Positions 61,455 to 64,000 of a stretch of DNA of 64,000 nucleotides are shown here, piece after piece. Position 1 is the stretch's first letter. Every line of letters starts with the position of its first letter. Below the pieces are notes generated by a model. It saw nothing but the letters and a program-made list of their open reading frames with translations, had not been told where the DNA came from and did no database searches. Position numbers and translations under genes: made by a program. The stretch is from Mytilus trossulus. Its lineage: Eukaryota. The stretch is taken from contig NC_086381.1 in NCBI RefSeq assembly GCF_036588685.1, forward strand, positions 53,320,001 through 53,384,000. The letters run 5' to 3'.

Positions 61455-62512
61455 ATTTTTGTCGAGCCTTTGACTTTAGTCGAAAAAGCGAGACTAAGCG
61501 ATCCTACATTCCGTCGTCGTCCGTGTTGTCTTCGGCGGCGGCGTCCACAAATATTCACTCTGTGGTTAAAGTTTTTGAAAATTTGATAACTTTCTTAAAC
61601 TCTACTGGATTTCTACCAAACTTTGACAGAAGCTTGTTTATGATCATAAGATAGTATCCAGAAGCAAATTTTGTAAAAATAAAATTCCATTTTTTCTGTA
61701 TTTTATTTATAAATGGACTTAGTTTTTCTGCGGGGAAACATAACATTCACTCTGTGGTTAAAGTTTTTAAAATTTGAACATCTTTCTTAAACTATACTAG
61801 ATTTCTACCAAACTTGGACAGAAGCTTGTTTATGATCATAAGACAGTATCCAGAAGCAAATTTTGTAAAAATAAAATTCCATTTTTTCTGTATTTTATTT
61901 ATAAATTGACTTAGTTTTTCTGCTGGTAAACATTACATTTACTCTGTGATTAAAGTTTTTAAAATTTATATATTTTTCTTTACTGGATTTCTTCCAAACT
62001 TGGACAGAAGCTTGTTTATGATCAAAAGATAGTATCCAGAAGTAAATTTTGTAAAAAAATTAATTCATTTTTTCCGTATTATACTTTTAAATGGACTTAG
62101 GTTTTCTGCCAGGAAACAACACATTCACTCTGTGGTTAATTTTTTAAAAATAATTCAATGACTTTCTTATACTAATTCAAATTTGTACCAAACTTGGACA
62201 GAAGCTTGTTTATGATCAAAAGCTAGTATCTAGAAAGGAAATTTTGTTAATATTTGGTACCTGTGTATCTGTATTTTACTAAGTTTTTCTTCCAGTTAAC
62301 ATTACATACAGTCTGCAGTTAAAGTTTTAAAACATTTATTCGATTCATAAACTATCCTGAAATTTTTACCAAATTTGGACAGAAGCTTCTTACAATCAAA
62401 AGATAGTACATGTACCAAGAGGAATATTTTTATTGATTGTTTACTTCATTTTTGTTGAGCCTGGGAGTTCCAGCAAAAGTAGGCGAGACACTGGGTTCCG
62501 CGGAACCCTTAA
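61455..62512 (+). mobile_element. HINE-like element, same family as 421-1085 with more internal repeats
   Basis: Same termini; palindrome GGGTTCCGCGGAACCC at 62493-62508. Confidence 0.65.
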
Positions 62513-64000
62513 GAATTTTAATTATAGAAATCTCTGTATAACTGAAAAAATATTACACAAGGGTTTTCGATAGGATAAACTTGTTAAACAATCAATTTAC
62601 ATAATTTTATTATCGACACAAGGACATCATTCTTGATTATTAATCAACACACAGACATCTTAAAAATTTAGGTATTTCACATCCAATCTTTGGTAATACT
62701 CTAAACAAAGCACACGTATGTCGTCTTTCACCTGAAAAGTATACCAAACCTTTAAACAGACTTATTTAGGAAGGATAAGTTAAGATATTGGTGTCAGGTC
62801 ATTAAGATGGCATATTTTAAAATTAATATACTAGTATGTCACTCATAGCTTCTTTGCATCGGAAATAAACATATTTATTACAATGCCAGTTGTTGGCAAG
62901 ATGCAGGTTATGTTCTTCTCGTATAGTTTATGATGATATGATGGTCGTAACGTTTTTTTTTGCGCCTGTCCCAAATAAGGAGCATTTGTCATTGTCAATC
63001 TTCAACATTTAAAAAAAATAAAAAAAATATTTTTATGTTTTTGAGTTTAGTTGGATATTCATTTTCACTGAACTAGTACAAATTTTTATGTAAGGGCCAA
63101 CTGAAGCCCCGTGCCTCCGCGTGCTAGATTGTCTCGCTGTCACGTGAGAGTTGTGTGACGACCCATTGGTAGCCGCTCTCTGCCGCGGGTCGGGTTGTTA
63201 TCTATTTGACACATTTCTCATTTCATTCTCAATTTTGCGAAAGCAATACACAATGTAATGTCATATCCAATACAATTCTGAATACAGTTAAATTTGTTTG
63301 AAATGTAGGAATATAATCAAACACCAATCTTTTACTTCCGGCTAATTGACATTATATGCAAAACAGGAACTGCACAGTTTAATTGAAGCAATGGATAAAT
63401 GATTAACTAAAAGTGAAAGAAAAACACGCAGTTGAAATCAAACTTTTTGCAAACATTGTCATTAAAATAAGTTATACTTATCAGATTTGTACTTCGGTTA
63501 TTTTCGTATTTGCAACAATATACATCCATCAACAGAAATGTAGTATAAATGAATGAACAACGTCGGGAATGTGGCCTATCAAAATAACTGACTGACGCAT
63601 TGCACTACTATCCAGATGTTAAAAGTGGGTCTTAAAGGTACTAGTACACATTTTGAATTATAAGTTAAGATAATGTGTAGGTTTTAGTTTGTCTTTTGGT
63701 GTTTTTTTTATTTAAAATAGAATGTTATATATTTGATCGCAATTTTGTCTATTCAATAAATAGGAATGTACAAGAGGGACGAAAGATACCAGAGGGGCAT
63801 TCAAACTCATAAATCGAAAATTAACTAACAACACTATGGCTAAAAATGAAAAAGACAAACAGACAAAAAAAAGTACACATAACACAACATATAAGACTAA
63901 AGAATAAGCAACATGAACCGCACCAAAAACTAGGGATTACCTCAGGGGCTCTGGAAAGGTAAGCAAATCCTGCTCCACATGTTGCTCATGTTATAACAAA

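Overview
AT-rich, repeat-dense animal DNA; the repeat landscape suggests a bivalve, probably Mytilus-like (inference). Contents: (1) the 5' nine coding exons of a DEF8 orthologue on the minus strand (1-8288). (2) Two full-length, intact, divergent APE-RT non-LTR retrotransposons head-to-tail (about 11131-19555 and 19568-25829), inserted about 9 bp apart into one copy of a dispersed repeat. The first has an extra stand-alone SGNH-esterase ORF and six copies of a hairpin with an invariant apex and covarying basal stems. Both have a U-UUU-UUA slippery site in a -1 ORF1/ORF2 overlap. (3) A cluster of Mab-21/cGAS-like receptor genes (two intact, one truncated pseudogene). (4) A 5'-truncated Penelope-like retroelement whose 3' end, like two other repeat families here, folds into a circularly permuted (P5-type) twister-ribozyme-like motif with cross-family covariation. 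(5) Hammerhead retrozyme copies, tRNA-derived SINEs, Helentron-like (HINE) elements and several MITEs. All RNA structures were derived by eye and need computational or biochemical confirmation.
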